DNA of 64,000 bases. Source: Candidatus Eutrophovita brisbanensis. GTDB lineage: Bacteria > Pseudomonadota > Gammaproteobacteria > Burkholderiales > Eutrophovitaceae. This document shows positions 42,343 through 54,078 of this stretch, one piece after another. A program made the position numbers and the translations under genes. The DNA lies in assembly GCA_038147395.1 (NCBI GenBank), contig JAYQTM010000001.1, positions 1,885,508-1,949,507 of the forward strand. Direction: 5' to 3'. The first letter of the stretch is position 1. Every line of letters begins with the position of its first letter. The notes beneath the pieces were generated by a model. That model saw only the letters and a list, made by a program, of their open reading frames with translations. It was not told where the DNA came from and searched no databases.

Positions 42343-45300
42343 TTAATGTAGTTGTTGATGTGCACTTTGAACAGAACACACAGTCAATTCGGAAATCTTG
42401 CGAATCCCTGAAATGGCTGCTCTCGCACCCGCGAGCGTTGTGTAATACGTCACTCGCCCCTGTAACGCAGTTCGCCTGATAGAGTAAGAGTCCTGAATCG
42501 ATGATCTTGTGTCACCCACCGTATTGATGATCATCGCAATCTCTCCGTTTTTGATCATATCAACGATGTGTGGCCTACCCTCAGCAACTTTGTTCACTGC
42601 CACCACCTCGAGTCCGGCTTTTGCCAGCGAGTCAGCCGTGCCCCTCGTCGCAACCAGCTCGAATCCAGCGTCAATAAAAGAGCGGCCGATATCGATCGTT
42701 GCATCTTTATCCTCGTCACGCACGCTGATAAATACTTTTCCCTCGACAGGCATCAGCACTCCCGCCGCGAGCTGAGATTTCACAAATGCTTCACCGAAGG
42801 TGCTGCCTGTCCCCATGACTTCTCCCGTCGAGCGCATTTCCGGGCCCAAAATCGTGTCTACGCCAGGGAACTTGATGAACGGGAACACGGCCTCTTTTAC
42901 CGAGTAGTACGGAGGGATAATTTCCTCAGTCACGCCGATCGAAGCGAGCTTCTCACCTGCCATCACGCGGGCGGCTACTTTCGCTAATGGCCGACCGATC
43001 GCCTTAGAGACATAAGGAACTGTTCGCGACGCACGAGGATTCACCTCGAGAACATAGATCTCTCGACCCTTGACTGCAAATTGAATATTCATCAATCCAA
43101 TCACCTGCAAACCTTTTGCAAGCGCAACGGTTTGCTCGCGTAATTCGTCTTGCAAAGATTTGTCCAAGCTGTAGGGCGGTAGAGAACAGGCCGAGTCGCC
43201 ACTGTGAACGCCAGCTTGTTCGATATGCTCCATAATGCCGCCGATGATGACGTCCTCTCCATCGCAAATGGCATCAACGTCGACTTCAATGGCATCATTT
43301 AAAAACCGATCTAACAGAACAGGACTATCGTTACTCACTTTCACTGCCTCACTCATGTAACGCTCGAGGTCAGATTGTTGTCGCACAATTTCCATTGCAC
43401 GTCCTCCCAAGACGTACGATGGCCTGACGACCAAGGGGTAACCGATATCCTCGGCAAGTTTAAGCGCTTCTGCCGGGCTCCTGGCGGTTCTATTGGGGGG
43501 CTGCTTCAGTTGTAGCGAGTTAATCAATTGCTGAAAACGCTCTCTATCTTCCGCGGCATCAATCATGTCGGGACTTGTGCCGATAATGGGAACCCCTGCT
43601 TGATTCAATCCATCAGCAAGCTTTAAAGGTGTCTGCCCACCGTATTGGACGATTACACCCTGTGGCTTCTCGATCTCCACAATCTCAAGTACGTCCTCAA
43701 GAGTAAGCGGTTCAAAGTAAAGCCGGTTCGATGTGTCGTAATCCGTCGATACGGTCTCGGGGTTACAGTTAACCATGATCGTTTCGTAACCGACCTCACG
43801 GAGCGCGAGCGACGCGTGCACGCAACAATAGTCAAACTCAATACCTTGACCTATGCGGTTAGGCCCACCGCCCAAAACCATAATTTTTTTATTTGTCGTC
43901 GGCCTTGACTCGCACTCCTCTTCATACGTTGAATACATGTAAGCCGTCTTCGTGTCGAACTCAGCAGCGCACGTATCCACTCTTTTAAATACCGGCCGAA
44001 TGGATGATTCGTGCCTTAGGCGACGAACGTCGAACTCCGAGCAATTCAACAACGAGGCAAGTCTTCGATCTGAAAACCCCTTGCTTTTAAGCCGTCTTAG
44101 GTCTGATGGCTCTAGGTGATCCAGCGATTGAGACGTGAGGCCGTTCTCCTCTTTAACGATGTCCTCGATATACGCCAAAAACCAACGATCGATTTTTGTT
44201 GCCTGATACATGGCCTCTAAGGTCATCCCGAGTCGAAATCCGTCTGCAACAAACAGTATCCTTTCAGGACCAGGACTCGATATCTCGCCCTGAACGACCG
44301 TCAGGTCGTCAGTCCTGTTGTCCAGTCCATCGATTCCTATCTCTAGACCCCTAAGCGCCTTTTGGAATGACTCTTGGAACGTACGGCCCATCGCCATCAC
44401 CTCACCGACGGATTTCATCTGGGTCGTGAGCCGCGAATCTGCGTCAGGGAACTTCTCGAATGCGAATCGTGGAATTTTAGTGACCACATAATCGATGGTT
44501 GGCTCAAAAGATGCTGGCGTTTGGCCACCAGTAATGTCGTTTTTCAACTCATCGAGTGTGTAGCCAACCGCCAATTTTGCTGCGACCTTCGCGATCGGAA
44601 AACCAGTTGCTTTCGATGCTAACGCAGAGGATCGAGATACACGTGGGTTCATCTCAATAACGGTCATACGCCCGTTTTCTGGATTGATCGCGAACTGAAC
44701 ATTCGAGCCGCCCGTATCGACTCCAATTTCACGCAACACCGCAATCGAGGCATTACGCATGATTTGATATTCTTTATCGGTAAGGGTTTGTGCAGGAGCG
44801 ACCGTTATCGAATCCCCCGTGTGCACACCCATCGGGTCGAGATTTTCTATGGAACAGATAATGATGCAGTTATCGCTTCTGTCCCTGACGACCTCCATCT
44901 CGAATTCTTTCCAACCAATAACGGACTCCTCAATGAGTACCTCATTGGTTGGCGACGCATCGATTCCACGCTCAATAATGTCAACAAACTCTTCTTTGTT
45001 ATATGCAATTCCACCGCCCGTGCCGCCGAGCGTGAACGACGGCCTAATAATTGCAGGGTAACCTATGAGGGACTGGACCTGCATCGCTTCTTCTAAGCTG
45101 TGCGCGATCATCGATCTTGGACTTTCCAACCCGATCCGAGTCATCGCAGCTTTGAATTTCTCGCGATCTTCAGCTTTATCTATCGCCTCCTGAGTGGCGC
45201 CAATCATTTCTACGCCATACTTATCCAAGACACCATGCTTACTGAGATCAAGAGCACAATTGAGCGCCGTTTGACCACCCATCGTCGGCAAAAGCGCATC

Positions 45301-45549
45301 AGGCTTCTCGGAGGCGATGATTTTTTCCACGACTTGCCAAGTAATTGGCTCGATGTAGGTAACGTCGGCTAACTCCGGGTCCGTCATAATCGTAGCCGGA
45401 TTTGAATTAACCAAGATGACACGGTAACCCTCGTCTCTAAGCGCCTTACACGCTTGAGCGCCCGAATAATCAAATTCGCAAGCCTGACCAATCACGATAG
45501 GCCCCGCACCGATAATCAAGATGGATTTAATGTCTGATCTCTTTGGCAT
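42343..45549 (-). CDS. carB: carbamoyl-phosphate synthase large subunit
   Basis: 1068 aa with a duplicated ATP-grasp architecture. N-terminus [30 protein letters not shown]. Confidence 0.97.
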   Translation of the reverse strand: MPKRSDIKSILIIGAGPIVIGQACEFDYSGAQACKALRDEGYRVILVNSNPATIMTDPELADVTYIEPITWQVVEKIIASEKPDALLPTMGGQTALNCALDLSKHGVLDKYGVEMIGATQEAIDKAEDREKFKAAMTRIGLESPRSMIAHSLEEAMQVQSLIGYPAIIRPSFTLGGTGGGIAYNKEEFVDIIERGIDASPTNEVLIEESVIGWKEFEMEVVRDRSDNCIIICSIENLDPMGVHTGDSITVAPAQTLTDKEYQIMRNASIAVLREIGVDTGGSNVQFAINPENGRMTVIEMNPRVSRSSALASKATGFPIAKVAAKLAVGYTLDELKNDITGGQTPASFEPTIDYVVTKIPRFAFEKFPDADSRLTTQMKSVGEVMAMGRTFQESFQKALRGLEIGIDGLDNRTDDLTVVQGEISSPGPERILFVADGFRLGMTLEAMYQATKIDRWFLAYIEDIVKEENGLTSQSLDHLEPSDLRRLKSKGFSDRRLASLLNCSEFDVRRLRHESSIRPVFKRVDTCAAEFDTKTAYMYSTYEEECESRPTTNKKIMVLGGGPNRIGQGIEFDYCCVHASLALREVGYETIMVNCNPETVSTDYDTSNRLYFEPLTLEDVLEIVEIEKPQGVIVQYGGQTPLKLADGLNQAGVPIIGTSPDMIDAAEDRERFQQLINSLQLKQPPNRTARSPAEALKLAEDIGYPLVVRPSYVLGGRAMEIVRQQSDLERYMSEAVKVSNDSPVLLDRFLNDAIEVDVDAICDGEDVIIGGIMEHIEQAGVHSGDSACSLPPYSLDKSLQDELREQTVALAKGLQVIGLMNIQFAVKGREIYVLEVNPRASRTVPYVSKAIGRPLAKVAARVMAGEKLASIGVTEEIIPPYYSVKEAVFPFIKFPGVDTILGPEMRSTGEVMGTGSTFGEAFVKSQLAAGVLMPVEGKVFISVRDEDKDATIDIGRSFIDAGFELVATRGTADSLAKAGLEVVAVNKVAEGRPHIVDMIKNGEIAMIINTVGDTRSSIQDSYSIRRTALQGRVTYYTTLAGARAAISGIRKISELTVCSVQSAHQQLH

Positions 45550-45563
45550 ATATGCTCGTCAAC

Positions 45564-46706
45564 TTAATTGGTTCTCGCTCGATCGATCTCAGAAATAAAC
45601 CGGTCAAACAAATAACTCACATCATGGGGCCCCGGACTCGCCTCTGGATGCCCCTGAAAGGAGAAGGCAGGGACGTCTGTCCTCTCTATACCCTGAAGAC
45701 TTCCATCGAATAACGAGACGTGAGTTGCCTTGACGTTGTCAGGCAACGAATTCTCGTCAACTTGAAATCCGTGATTTTGGCTCGTTATGAGTACTTGCTC
45801 CGTGCCAAGATCCTTCACAGGATGGTTCGCCCCATGGTGACCAAATTTCATCTTCTGAGTTCGCGCTCCGCTTGCGAGTGCGAGTAGTTGGTGACCCAGA
45901 CATATTCCGAACAAAGGGATCTTTAACTCGAGTAAACGACGAATGGCGCTGATCGCATAATCACAAGGCTCGGGATCCCCAGGGCCATTTGAGAGAAAAA
46001 CACCGTCTGGGCGAAGGGCGATGACGTTTTCAACCGGGGTCGTCGCTGGCACAACGGTCACCTTACAACCACGCGACACAAGCATCCGAAGAATATTGCG
46101 TTTGACGCCAAAGTCATAAGCGACTACGTGTCTCGATGTCTCGACTTTGGCAGCCTGATTATCGCCAAGTGCCCACTCACCTTCATTCCACTCATAACTG
46201 TTAGCACACGTGACCTCCCGAGCCAAGTCCATGCCTGCCAAACCTGGGAATGCTGAAAGTTGCGCTCGAAGGTCGCTTTCATCTTCCGCCGCCGGAGCGA
46301 TAAATCCAGCAAGTGAGCCTTTCTCTCTCAGAATTCGTGTGAGTCGACGAGTATCGATGTTTGCGATCGCCGGCACATCATATTTCGATAGCCACTCGCC
46401 AAGCGATATTTGTGAGCGGAAATTACTCTCGAGTAGCGGCATTTCCTTAATCACTAGTCCCGATGCTTGAGCCACCAATGACTCATGGTCAGCGTCATTA
46501 CACCCTACGTTCCCAATATGAGGGTATGTCAGGGTGACGATCTGTTTTTTGTATGACGGATCTGTGAGGATTTCTTGATAACCCGTCATCGAGGTATTGA
46601 AAACGACCTCTCCGAGTGCTGCGCGTGAAGCGCCGACGGAAACGCCTTTAAAAACGCTCCCATCTTCAAGCACTAAAATCGCTGAATCGGTATGGCTAGA
46701 CGACAA
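45564..46706 (-). CDS. carA: carbamoyl-phosphate synthase small (glutaminase) subunit
   Basis: 380 aa. GICLGHQ catalytic Cys motif. TTG start at 46706 preceded by GGAGG. Confidence 0.95.
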   Translation of the reverse strand: MSSSHTDSAILVLEDGSVFKGVSVGASRAALGEVVFNTSMTGYQEILTDPSYKKQIVTLTYPHIGNVGCNDADHESLVAQASGLVIKEMPLLESNFRSQISLGEWLSKYDVPAIANIDTRRLTRILREKGSLAGFIAPAAEDESDLRAQLSAFPGLAGMDLAREVTCANSYEWNEGEWALGDNQAAKVETSRHVVAYDFGVKRNILRMLVSRGCKVTVVPATTPVENVIALRPDGVFLSNGPGDPEPCDYAISAIRRLLELKIPLFGICLGHQLLALASGARTQKMKFGHHGANHPVKDLGTEQVLITSQNHGFQVDENSLPDNVKATHVSLFDGSLQGIERTDVPAFSFQGHPEASPGPHDVSYLFDRFISEIDRARTN

Positions 46707-46756
46707 AATACCTCCGTAATTGGTGTTCGGGAAGCCGCATTAGGGATTACGCTTAC

Positions 46757-46793
46757 AAAAAGCGGGAGGGAGCTTATATCGCTACCTTCCCGC
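46757..46793 (-). terminator. hairpin plus T-run between dapB and carA (dapB terminator and/or carA leader attenuator)
   Basis: Minus strand reads GCGGGAAGG-14 nt loop-CCCTCCCGC followed by TTTTT (8 of 9 bp paired). Confidence 0.65.
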
Positions 46794-46800
46794 GTCGGAG

Positions 46801-46830
46801 ATTATACCTTCTGATCGAGCGTTCGATCAA
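46801..46830 (-). promoter_or_regulatory. candidate sigma70 promoter of carAB with overlapping palindrome
   Basis: Minus strand reads TTGATC-18 nt-TATAAT. The spacer region contains the perfect inverted repeat TGATCGA-N4-TCGATCA (46812-46829). Confidence 0.45.
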
Positions 46831-46862
46831 TTTTCACATTTGGATAGGCATAGTTTTCGATA

Positions 46863-47675
46863 CTAAAGGCCCAAAACGTCATTCATATCGTACAGACCAG
46901 GGTCACGCGTCGATAAAAACTTTGCTGCCCTCAACGCGCCAATTGCAAAATTACTTCGGTCCGACGCTTTGTGACTAATTTCGACACGCTCTCCCGTGCC
47001 CGCAAACATCACGGTGTGATCACCCACGATATCCCCGCCTCTCACAGTAGCAAAACCAATTGTGTGGTCTGCACGCTCCCCCGTATGTCCCTCTCGACCA
47101 TAAACAGCGCAATCAGCAAGATCTCTTCCCAAGACATCAGCAATCACCTCACCCATCTTGACCGCCGTACCGGATGGTGCGTCAACTTTATGTCGGTGAT
47201 GTGCTTCCACAATCTCGATGTCGTAACCTTCAGACAGTGCCGCAGCTGCATTTTTTAGTAAATTCAAAACCACATTGACGCCAACGCTCATGTTTGGAGC
47301 CATGACAATGGGTATCGACTGTGCCGCCGCTTCAATAGCCGACTTTTCCTCACCAGTGAATCCGGTCGTTCCAATCACCATCGCGACTTTGTGATCAACA
47401 CATTGCTGCAAGTGAACCAACGTGCCCTCAGGTCGAGTGAAGTCAATCATGACGTTCGAGGCAGCTGCGACATTAGCCACATCTGACGAGATTTCCACAC
47501 CTGTTACGAGTCCGAACGATTCTCCTGCATCTCGCCCAACGCGCGTATCTCCAGCCAACTCTAACGCGCCAGACAATTCCAACTCAGCATCTTGGCTGAT
47601 CGCACTGATGAGCGACCTGCCCATCTTCCCCGTCGCTCCACATACCGCAATTTTTATCTTAGCCATCGTCATCAT
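46863..47675 (-). CDS. dapB: 4-hydroxy-tetrahydrodipicolinate reductase
   Basis: [16 protein letters not shown] motif and [15 protein letters not shown] motif. The start could be any of three ATGs at 47675, 47672 or 47666. Confidence 0.93.
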   Translation of the reverse strand: MMTMAKIKIAVCGATGKMGRSLISAISQDAELELSGALELAGDTRVGRDAGESFGLVTGVEISSDVANVAAASNVMIDFTRPEGTLVHLQQCVDHKVAMVIGTTGFTGEEKSAIEAAAQSIPIVMAPNMSVGVNVVLNLLKNAAAALSEGYDIEIVEAHHRHKVDAPSGTAVKMGEVIADVLGRDLADCAVYGREGHTGERADHTIGFATVRGGDIVGDHTVMFAGTGERVEISHKASDRSNFAIGALRAAKFLSTRDPGLYDMNDVLGL

Positions 47676-47706
47676 CCTTGGTGCTCGTTGTTTTACTCAA
47701 TGATCT

Positions 47707-48030
47707 TCATTGTTCGGGGAGGTAATCGCCATCGATATCAGTCACTTTCCCATCTTCGAAAATCACAATCAGAGTTCTCTCGCGCGCAACATCCCCCCCG
47801 GATCCTTGCAAATACACATAGCCCCATTGATTGGGCTTTAACACATCGACTACTAAGGGGGAACCGAGGAGGTACTTAACCTGCTCTTGGCTCATTCCAA
47901 TTGACAGCTTGTTTATTTTTTCTCTCTCAATATAGTTACCCTGCCGAACTTCCAGCTCATGGGGTTTCAAAAAACAACCCGCGAGAACCGACGCACCGAC
48001 GAATACGAGAGCAAGCCTTAAACGATTCAT
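47707..48030 (-). CDS. bamE: outer-membrane lipoprotein BamE (SmpA/OmlA)
   Basis: 107 aa. Lipobox LAGC, then RQGN...KL..GMSQEQVKYLLGSP pattern. Divergent from fur, as in many proteobacteria. Confidence 0.85.
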   Translation of the reverse strand: MNRLRLALVFVGASVLAGCFLKPHELEVRQGNYIEREKINKLSIGMSQEQVKYLLGSPLVVDVLKPNQWGYVYLQGSGGDVARERTLIVIFEDGKVTDIDGDYLPEQ

Positions 48031-48103
48031 AATTAATTCACCTGGTAGTTTGCCCTAAGAATGGAGCAAAGACGTTATGATAGGACAACTAGGTTAGAAA
48101 AAC

Positions 48104-48544
48104 ATGACAATGAAAACTCCACAAGACCTGAAAAACATGGGGCTCAAGGCAACGCTACCCCGACTGAAGATCATTAACGTATTTGAAGCGAGCGGTGAAA
48201 GACACCTCTCGGCTGAAGACGTTTATCGTCACTTACTTGACGACGAAATGGATGTGGGGCTTGCCACCGTATACCGCGTCTTAACGCAATTCGAACAGGC
48301 CGGAATACTCATACGCCACCATTTTGAATCTGGGAAAGCGGTCTACGAGCTCGATCAAGGAGATCACCATGACCATCTCGTTTGTAACCAATGTGGTCGT
48401 GTCGAGGAATTTTTTGATGAAGAGATTGAACGCCGACAAAAGAAAATAGCCACTGATAAAGGGTTCAAAATTATCGGGCACTCGCTTCACATGTACGGCG
48501 ATTGCATCACCGAAAATTGTCCGCACAAAAACGAGAATAATTAG
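48104..48544 (+). CDS. fur: ferric uptake regulator Fur
   Basis: 146 aa. [11 protein letters not shown]..., HHDHLVC..CG motifs. Confidence 0.93.
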   Translation: MTMKTPQDLKNMGLKATLPRLKIINVFEASGERHLSAEDVYRHLLDDEMDVGLATVYRVLTQFEQAGILIRHHFESGKAVYELDQGDHHDHLVCNQCGRVEEFFDEEIERRQKKIATDKGFKIIGHSLHMYGDCITENCPHKNENN

Positions 48545-48570
48545 TCAGAAGTTGATCACATAACAGCCAG

Positions 48571-50229
48571 CTAGCTCCGACCTGCCTCCAATAACTGGCG
48601 GGCATGTGCTCTCGCTTCCTCCGTGACTGTGGCTCCAGCCAACATTCTTGCCACTTCACCAACTCGAGATTCGAAATCCAATAATTCGATCTCAGTAAGC
48701 GACGTGTTATTCGACTGAGACTTCAAAACACGCCAATGTGAGTGGGCCAGCGCAGCAACCTGTGGCAAGTGCGTGACACACAAGACTTGAGCGTTATCGC
48801 TGACCTCACGCAACATTCGACCAACCACCTCGGCAACAGCACCTCCTACTCCTGTGTCGACCTCGTCAAAGATAATTGTTGAAGTCGGCGCCTCTTTGTG
48901 CAGTACAGATTGTATGGCCAGTGATATTCGCGATAACTCTCCTCCGGAAGCGATCTCTCCGAGGGGTTTTGCTGCGACACCCGGGTTCGTCGCGACATAA
49001 AACGCTACTGAATCTAACCCACCAGCATCGGGGTGGTTTTTTTTATCGGCAGAAACCTTAAATTGAACCCCCTGCATCGACAAGTCAACAAGCGAAGCAT
49101 TAACCGCGGTCTCTAATTCGTGAGCCAACGTGGCTCTACGCTGACTCAGAGCCTCTGCGACCGAGTGATATTCATCAGCAGCCGCTTTCTCATTCACTTC
49201 CAACTCATCCAAATTCATTGTAATGAGAAGATCTTGTAACTCTCTCTCCATGTTTGACTTAACCGTTGGGAGATCTTCCGGTTTGACTCCAAGTTTCTTG
49301 GCAGCGCCATGAACTTCTGATATTCGCCGGTCCAACGCATCTATCGCATTAGGCTCCGCCTCCAATCCATCGAGATATCTCCTGACCTCACGATCAAGCT
49401 CTCTCGCGAGCACCTCAATAGACTCCGCTTCACTCGCGAGCTGTTTGACTGTGTGGTCAAAATCAACGACTTGGCTAAACTGCGCTCGAACTTGAGAGAG
49501 TGCACGACTGACTGTAGGTCCATCCCCATCCAGAATGTCCACAACCTGCCCCAAGCACGTTGTCAATTGAGACAAGTTACTCAGTCTTAAATGATCCTCT
49601 TGAGTTTTCCTCCACTCTTGTTTGTCGAAACGCAATGACTCCAATTCGTCCAGCTGTTCCGTCAATTCAGTGACGCGGCGATTCGTCGTTTCGTGAAGTT
49701 GCTTGGATTCCTCAAACTGGAGTTTGGCGGCCCGCCAAATTCTCCATAAATTGGACACTTGCTTCGATTGTTCCTCAAGCGAGCCGAACCGATCTAGAAC
49801 ACCAATGTGGGACGCCACCTCTAACAGCGAGTAATGCTCGTGCTGCCCATGAATATCGACCAAACTCCCAACAATCGTTTTCAGTTGTTTGATCGTCACA
49901 GGAGTCCCGTTAACCCAGGCGCGAGATCGGCCTGTCTTATCAATCGTCCGGCGCAGTATGCATTCTTCGGGATCTACATCGAGCTCAGAAAAGATACGTT
50001 TGACTGCAACGGAATTAGCAATGTCAAATTCTGCGGTCAGTTCTGCTTTCTCTGCTCCAGGCCTAACATACCCCGCATCAGCCCGCCCCCCAAGAATTAA
50101 TCCAATCGCTCCCAAAAGAATCGACTTCCCTGCGCCAGTTTCACCCGTCAGAACTGTAAAGCCGCCCCCCAGATCCAAACTCAGTTGTTGAATCAGGATG
50201 AAGTCCTTGATCGATAAACTAACTAACAT
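48571..50229 (-). CDS. recN: DNA repair protein RecN
   Basis: 552 aa. N-terminal Walker A LTGETGAGKSIL, long coiled coil, C-terminal ASGGELSR / FDEVD. Confidence 0.95.
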   Translation of the reverse strand: MLVSLSIKDFILIQQLSLDLGGGFTVLTGETGAGKSILLGAIGLILGGRADAGYVRPGAEKAELTAEFDIANSVAVKRIFSELDVDPEECILRRTIDKTGRSRAWVNGTPVTIKQLKTIVGSLVDIHGQHEHYSLLEVASHIGVLDRFGSLEEQSKQVSNLWRIWRAAKLQFEESKQLHETTNRRVTELTEQLDELESLRFDKQEWRKTQEDHLRLSNLSQLTTCLGQVVDILDGDGPTVSRALSQVRAQFSQVVDFDHTVKQLASEAESIEVLARELDREVRRYLDGLEAEPNAIDALDRRISEVHGAAKKLGVKPEDLPTVKSNMERELQDLLITMNLDELEVNEKAAADEYHSVAEALSQRRATLAHELETAVNASLVDLSMQGVQFKVSADKKNHPDAGGLDSVAFYVATNPGVAAKPLGEIASGGELSRISLAIQSVLHKEAPTSTIIFDEVDTGVGGAVAEVVGRMLREVSDNAQVLCVTHLPQVAALAHSHWRVLKSQSNNTSLTEIELLDFESRVGEVARMLAGATVTEEARAHARQLLEAGRS

Positions 50230-50252
50230 TTAGTTGATGGACGCATCTTAGT

Positions 50253-51116
50253 TCACATGGTCCCGGCCCATCGTAGCTTCTCTCTCAGCGTCGCAAAATA
50301 ATCATGTCCCAAAGGATGGACCAACTGGACTTTTTCCTTGGCAGCAGAAATAGAGAGTTGCTCGCCCTCCACGATATCAAGAGACGTGTGGCTATCAATG
50401 TGTACTCTCGCATCCGTTGCACCAGTGACTTTAATTGTCACACTGGAGTCACCTGGAATAACAATTGGTCGGTTAGACAGCGTGTGAGGACAGACGGGGA
50501 CCAAGAGCATGCAATCAATTGACGGAGCAATGATGGGTCCACCAGCAGAGAGAGCGTAAGCAGTTGAACCCGTCGGCGTGGATATCACAAGGCCATCAGA
50601 CCTCAGGTTATAGGCGAGGCGGCCATCGATCAACACCTCCATTTGCATCAAGCCTCCCCCGTGACCCTTGCCGATTGAAATATCATTCAGCGCCCAAACT
50701 TCTGAGCCCCCTCGCCCACCAATCTGTGTCTCCAGTAATACACGGCTATCAATTTCGTACTCGCCACGCACCACCGACCTAAGACTTTCCACCATGTCTG
50801 ACAGGGAAATATCGGCAAGAAACCCAAGCCTCCCGAGGTTGATCCCTAAGAGGGGAACCTTATGGGTCGCCACAGATCTGGCAAGGCTCAACAACGTTCC
50901 ATCTCCACCCACCACAACCACTAAATCAGCCCAAGCAACGGCCACCTCCACATCGGTCGAGTCAACATCAACGAGTCCCAATTCAGCCGCAGTTTCAGAA
51001 TCAACTTTGTACGAAATATTTTCTGCCTGAAAAAACGACATTAGTTGGTGTATCGGTTCGGAAACTTCAGTACTTCGATACTTTCCGACAATGCAAACCT
51101 TGGTGAATTTATTCAT
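50253..51116 (-). CDS. nadK: NAD kinase
   Basis: GGDGTLL motif and NLGRLGFL motif. Start taken as ATG 51116 (MNKFTKVCIVGKY), though the ORF is open to 51143. Confidence 0.9.
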   Translation of the reverse strand: MNKFTKVCIVGKYRSTEVSEPIHQLMSFFQAENISYKVDSETAAELGLVDVDSTDVEVAVAWADLVVVVGGDGTLLSLARSVATHKVPLLGINLGRLGFLADISLSDMVESLRSVVRGEYEIDSRVLLETQIGGRGGSEVWALNDISIGKGHGGGLMQMEVLIDGRLAYNLRSDGLVISTPTGSTAYALSAGGPIIAPSIDCMLLVPVCPHTLSNRPIVIPGDSSVTIKVTGATDARVHIDSHTSLDIVEGEQLSISAAKEKVQLVHPLGHDYFATLREKLRWAGTM

Positions 51117-51212
51117 TATTCCGCAGCAAATACTATTGGCCAATAATCATCGCAAATTTTGAACAAGAAGAAAAACTTAAATTGCTACTAAAAGTTTGTA
51201 GAATGTCATCAA

Positions 51213-52226
51213 ATGAATGAACGGTCCAAAATATTACTCAAAAGTCTTATAGAGAGACACATCTCGGATGGCCAACCTGTTGGCTCGAGGCAGCTTGCGA
51301 AGACCTCTGGTCTGGAGCTGAGTCCAGCCAGCATCAGGAATATCATGGCGGACTTAGAGGAGATGGGATTCATTGCCAGCCCACACACATCGGCTGGTAG
51401 AGTACCAACGCCGAGGGGATATCGTTTCTTCGTTGATTCACTTCTCAAAGTTCAACCCATTGATTCTATTGAACTTAATCAACTCGAAGGCCAATTTCAG
51501 CCTGACAGTACAAACCGTTTGGTCGCCACAGCATCTCAATTACTGTCAAATCTGACTCAATTCGCCGGTGTCGTGAAAGTGCCGAATCGCAGCAGTGCTG
51601 CATTTCGGCACATCGAATTTGTCTCCCTTTCAGAGAGGCGAATATTACTCATTATCGTGACACCTGATGGCGACGTGCAAAACAAAGTGCTTGAGTCTCC
51701 TCGCGGTTACACTGAGTCCGAGCTAACTGAGGCGAACAACTTCCTAAACCGTAATTTTGCAGGGATCAATTTTGACCAAATTCGGATCAAACTAGAATCA
51801 GAATTACGCCAACTCAAGGACAGTATCAGTCAATTGATGGGGCTCGCCCTATCGGCCGGTCAGGAAACGTCACAACAACCGAATGATTTCATCGTCTCTG
51901 GAGAGAAAAATTTACTCAGTGTTGCAGATCTGTCAACAAACATAGAGAAACTTCGTGCCTTGTTTGACATGTTTGATAAAAAAACGGGGATTCTGCAACT
52001 TCTTGATAACAGCGAAAACGCGGCTGGAGTCCAAATATACATTGGCGGTGAATCCGGGCTCGTGCCCATGGATGAATGCAGTGTTGTCACTGCACCCTAC
52101 GAGGTTGACGGTCAAATCGTAGGCACAGTTGGAGTCATTGGTCCGACTCGGATGGCCTATGAGCGCGTGATACCGATCGTAGACATAACCGCGAAACTTT
52201 TATCTGGAGCTTTGTCTCAGAACTAA
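51213..52226 (+). CDS. hrcA: heat-inducible transcription repressor HrcA
   Basis: 337 aa. N-terminal winged-helix region ...PVGSRQLAK...[28 protein letters not shown]. Confidence 0.92.
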   Translation: MNERSKILLKSLIERHISDGQPVGSRQLAKTSGLELSPASIRNIMADLEEMGFIASPHTSAGRVPTPRGYRFFVDSLLKVQPIDSIELNQLEGQFQPDSTNRLVATASQLLSNLTQFAGVVKVPNRSSAAFRHIEFVSLSERRILLIIVTPDGDVQNKVLESPRGYTESELTEANNFLNRNFAGINFDQIRIKLESELRQLKDSISQLMGLALSAGQETSQQPNDFIVSGEKNLLSVADLSTNIEKLRALFDMFDKKTGILQLLDNSENAAGVQIYIGGESGLVPMDECSVVTAPYEVDGQIVGTVGVIGPTRMAYERVIPIVDITAKLLSGALSQN

Positions 52227-52246
52227 ACACCAGCGCGCTTGAAACC

Positions 52247-53350
52247 ATGCGACTTTCAAAAGAACCTCCGTACGCACACGGCACCTTACTAAAAACGGGA
52301 GTGTTGCTCGTCAATCTTGGGACACCTGATGCGCCCACAAAAAAAGCGCTCCGACGGTACTTAGGAGAATTCCTTTGGGACGCGCGAGTCGTCGAAATCC
52401 CCAGGGTAATTTGGTGGTTTATTCTCAACGGAATCATTCTCAACGTGAGGCCAAAGGCCTCAGCGGAAAAGTACGCTACAGTCTGGACAGAGTCGGGCTC
52501 ACCGTTGAGGGTCTTCACTCACGCACAGGAAAAAATGCTCCGAGAAAGTTTTAAAACGAGCGGATACAAAAATATACGCGTCGAGTCCGCAATGCGGTAC
52601 GGCAGCCCCTCTGTGTCATCAAAACTTGAGGAAATGAGAGCTGATGGATGTGACAAGATCCTCGTCGTGCCGATGTATCCTCAGTACAATTCGAGCACGA
52701 CCGGCAGCGTCTACGATGCGGTTTTCGCTTACCTATCGAAAGTTCGCAATCAACCTGGCTTAAGATTAATCAAACACTTTCACGATGATTCGGGGTATAT
52801 CGACGCGCTTGCGGAGCGGGTAACGTCTTACTGGGATAAACACGGAAAGCCAGACAAACTAGTCTTGTCTTTTCATGGCGTTCCAAAATTCAGTCTACTT
52901 AAGGGTGATCCGTATCATTGTGAGTGTTACAAGACCAGTCGCTTACTCTCAGAGAAATTGGACTTTGACGCGAGCAACATCATCACAACATTTCAATCTC
53001 GGTTCGGACGCGCCGAGTGGCTCAAACCCTACACGATCGACACCATTAGAGACCTTGGGATTGAAAAAACGCGTCGAATCGATGTCTTCTGCCCCGGGTT
53101 TGTTGCAGATTGTCTCGAAACACTCGAAGAGATCGACGCCGAGAACAGAGAAGAGTTTGAAAAACATGGTGGGCAAGAATTCCATTTCATCCCATGCTTA
53201 AATGATTCGACAAAATGGATTGACGCCCTCACCAATATTTGTACCAAGGAACTTGGTCATTGGCTAAATGACCATGAGGCTCAAACTGCTCAAGAAAAAG
53301 AATCGAAAATCAGCCGCTCTGAGGCATTAAAATTGGGCGCGAGTAATTGA
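52247..53350 (+). CDS. hemH: ferrochelatase
   Basis: 367 aa. VLLVNLGTPDAPT, PMYPQYNSSTTGS, FSFHGVP motifs. Confidence 0.93.
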   Translation: MRLSKEPPYAHGTLLKTGVLLVNLGTPDAPTKKALRRYLGEFLWDARVVEIPRVIWWFILNGIILNVRPKASAEKYATVWTESGSPLRVFTHAQEKMLRESFKTSGYKNIRVESAMRYGSPSVSSKLEEMRADGCDKILVVPMYPQYNSSTTGSVYDAVFAYLSKVRNQPGLRLIKHFHDDSGYIDALAERVTSYWDKHGKPDKLVLSFHGVPKFSLLKGDPYHCECYKTSRLLSEKLDFDASNIITTFQSRFGRAEWLKPYTIDTIRDLGIEKTRRIDVFCPGFVADCLETLEEIDAENREEFEKHGGQEFHFIPCLNDSTKWIDALTNICTKELGHWLNDHEAQTAQEKESKISRSEALKLGASN

Positions 53351-53358
53351 GCTGACCG

Positions 53359-53934
53359 TTACATAAGTAAGAGCCCCTCGGCTCGCCCAAAGTCAGTTTC
53401 CTCTTCGTATCTTCGCTTTCGTTCCAGATACTTATCCTTAACGGCTCGAGCCTCACGATCGATTAGAGCCTGGAGTGCATCACAATCAGATTGAGTCGGA
53501 ATACTTGTAATGACTCTTTCTGCTTCGCTTGCAGCATCGCGTGCTATTTTCTCCTGCTTCTTCTCAATTTGATCAAGATTCCTGAGAAATGTAGCCCACC
53601 GCTCACGTAATTCTTTCGTCCCTTCCTTCTCACCTCTCCATATTGGTCGAGTATGGGTGACTCCGAGTGAGACTAGGGCTGACTCCACTGAGCAATCTCG
53701 ACCACTGTCGAGCTTCTTGAAGCGCCACTGAAAATCCCATTTTGTTCTCGCAGGATGACGATTGCCGTCCGCGGCGACTGGCCCTTTTCTCTTCATCTCA
53801 GCACCGAGAACAAACGCCGATTGTCCATGGATGCTGTATTTGCTGGAGCCAACGTGAACGACCGGCTCAGCATTGAGCGGACCCATAGCGAAGGTTGCGG
53901 CCACAGAAGCGACAATAATCCTAAAAATACTCAT
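53359..53934 (-). CDS. secreted hypothetical protein, DUF922-like (unverified)
   Basis: 191 aa. N-terminal signal peptide MSIFRIIVASVAATFAMGPLNA. The Y.I.G.S...L...M...GP...T.W...WRF...C.V.S..V...VT.T.P.W...LR.RW..FL..L pattern resembles what I recall of DUF922 (COG5661). Confidence 0.45.
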   Translation of the reverse strand: MSIFRIIVASVAATFAMGPLNAEPVVHVGSSKYSIHGQSAFVLGAEMKRKGPVAADGNRHPARTKWDFQWRFKKLDSGRDCSVESALVSLGVTHTRPIWRGEKEGTKELRERWATFLRNLDQIEKKQEKIARDAASEAERVITSIPTQSDCDALQALIDREARAVKDKYLERKRRYEEETDFGRAEGLLLM

Positions 53935-54010
53935 TGAATTCAGATGTATAACTCAACATTTAATCTAAAATTTTAGCGTAACAGAAAAATATAAAAAAAA
54001 TCCAAACACC

Positions 54011-54038
54011 CTTGAAATAAACAAGATCGCCCCAATTT
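54011..54038 (+). promoter_or_regulatory. sigma32 (RpoH) promoter of grpE
   Basis: CTTGAA (54011-54016), 13 nt, CCCCAATTT (54030-54038), 40 nt upstream of the grpE ATG. Confidence 0.75.
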
Positions 54039-54078
54039 ACCGTTGTTGGTGCGTAAAAAGATTAGGAGATCTTTGTAA

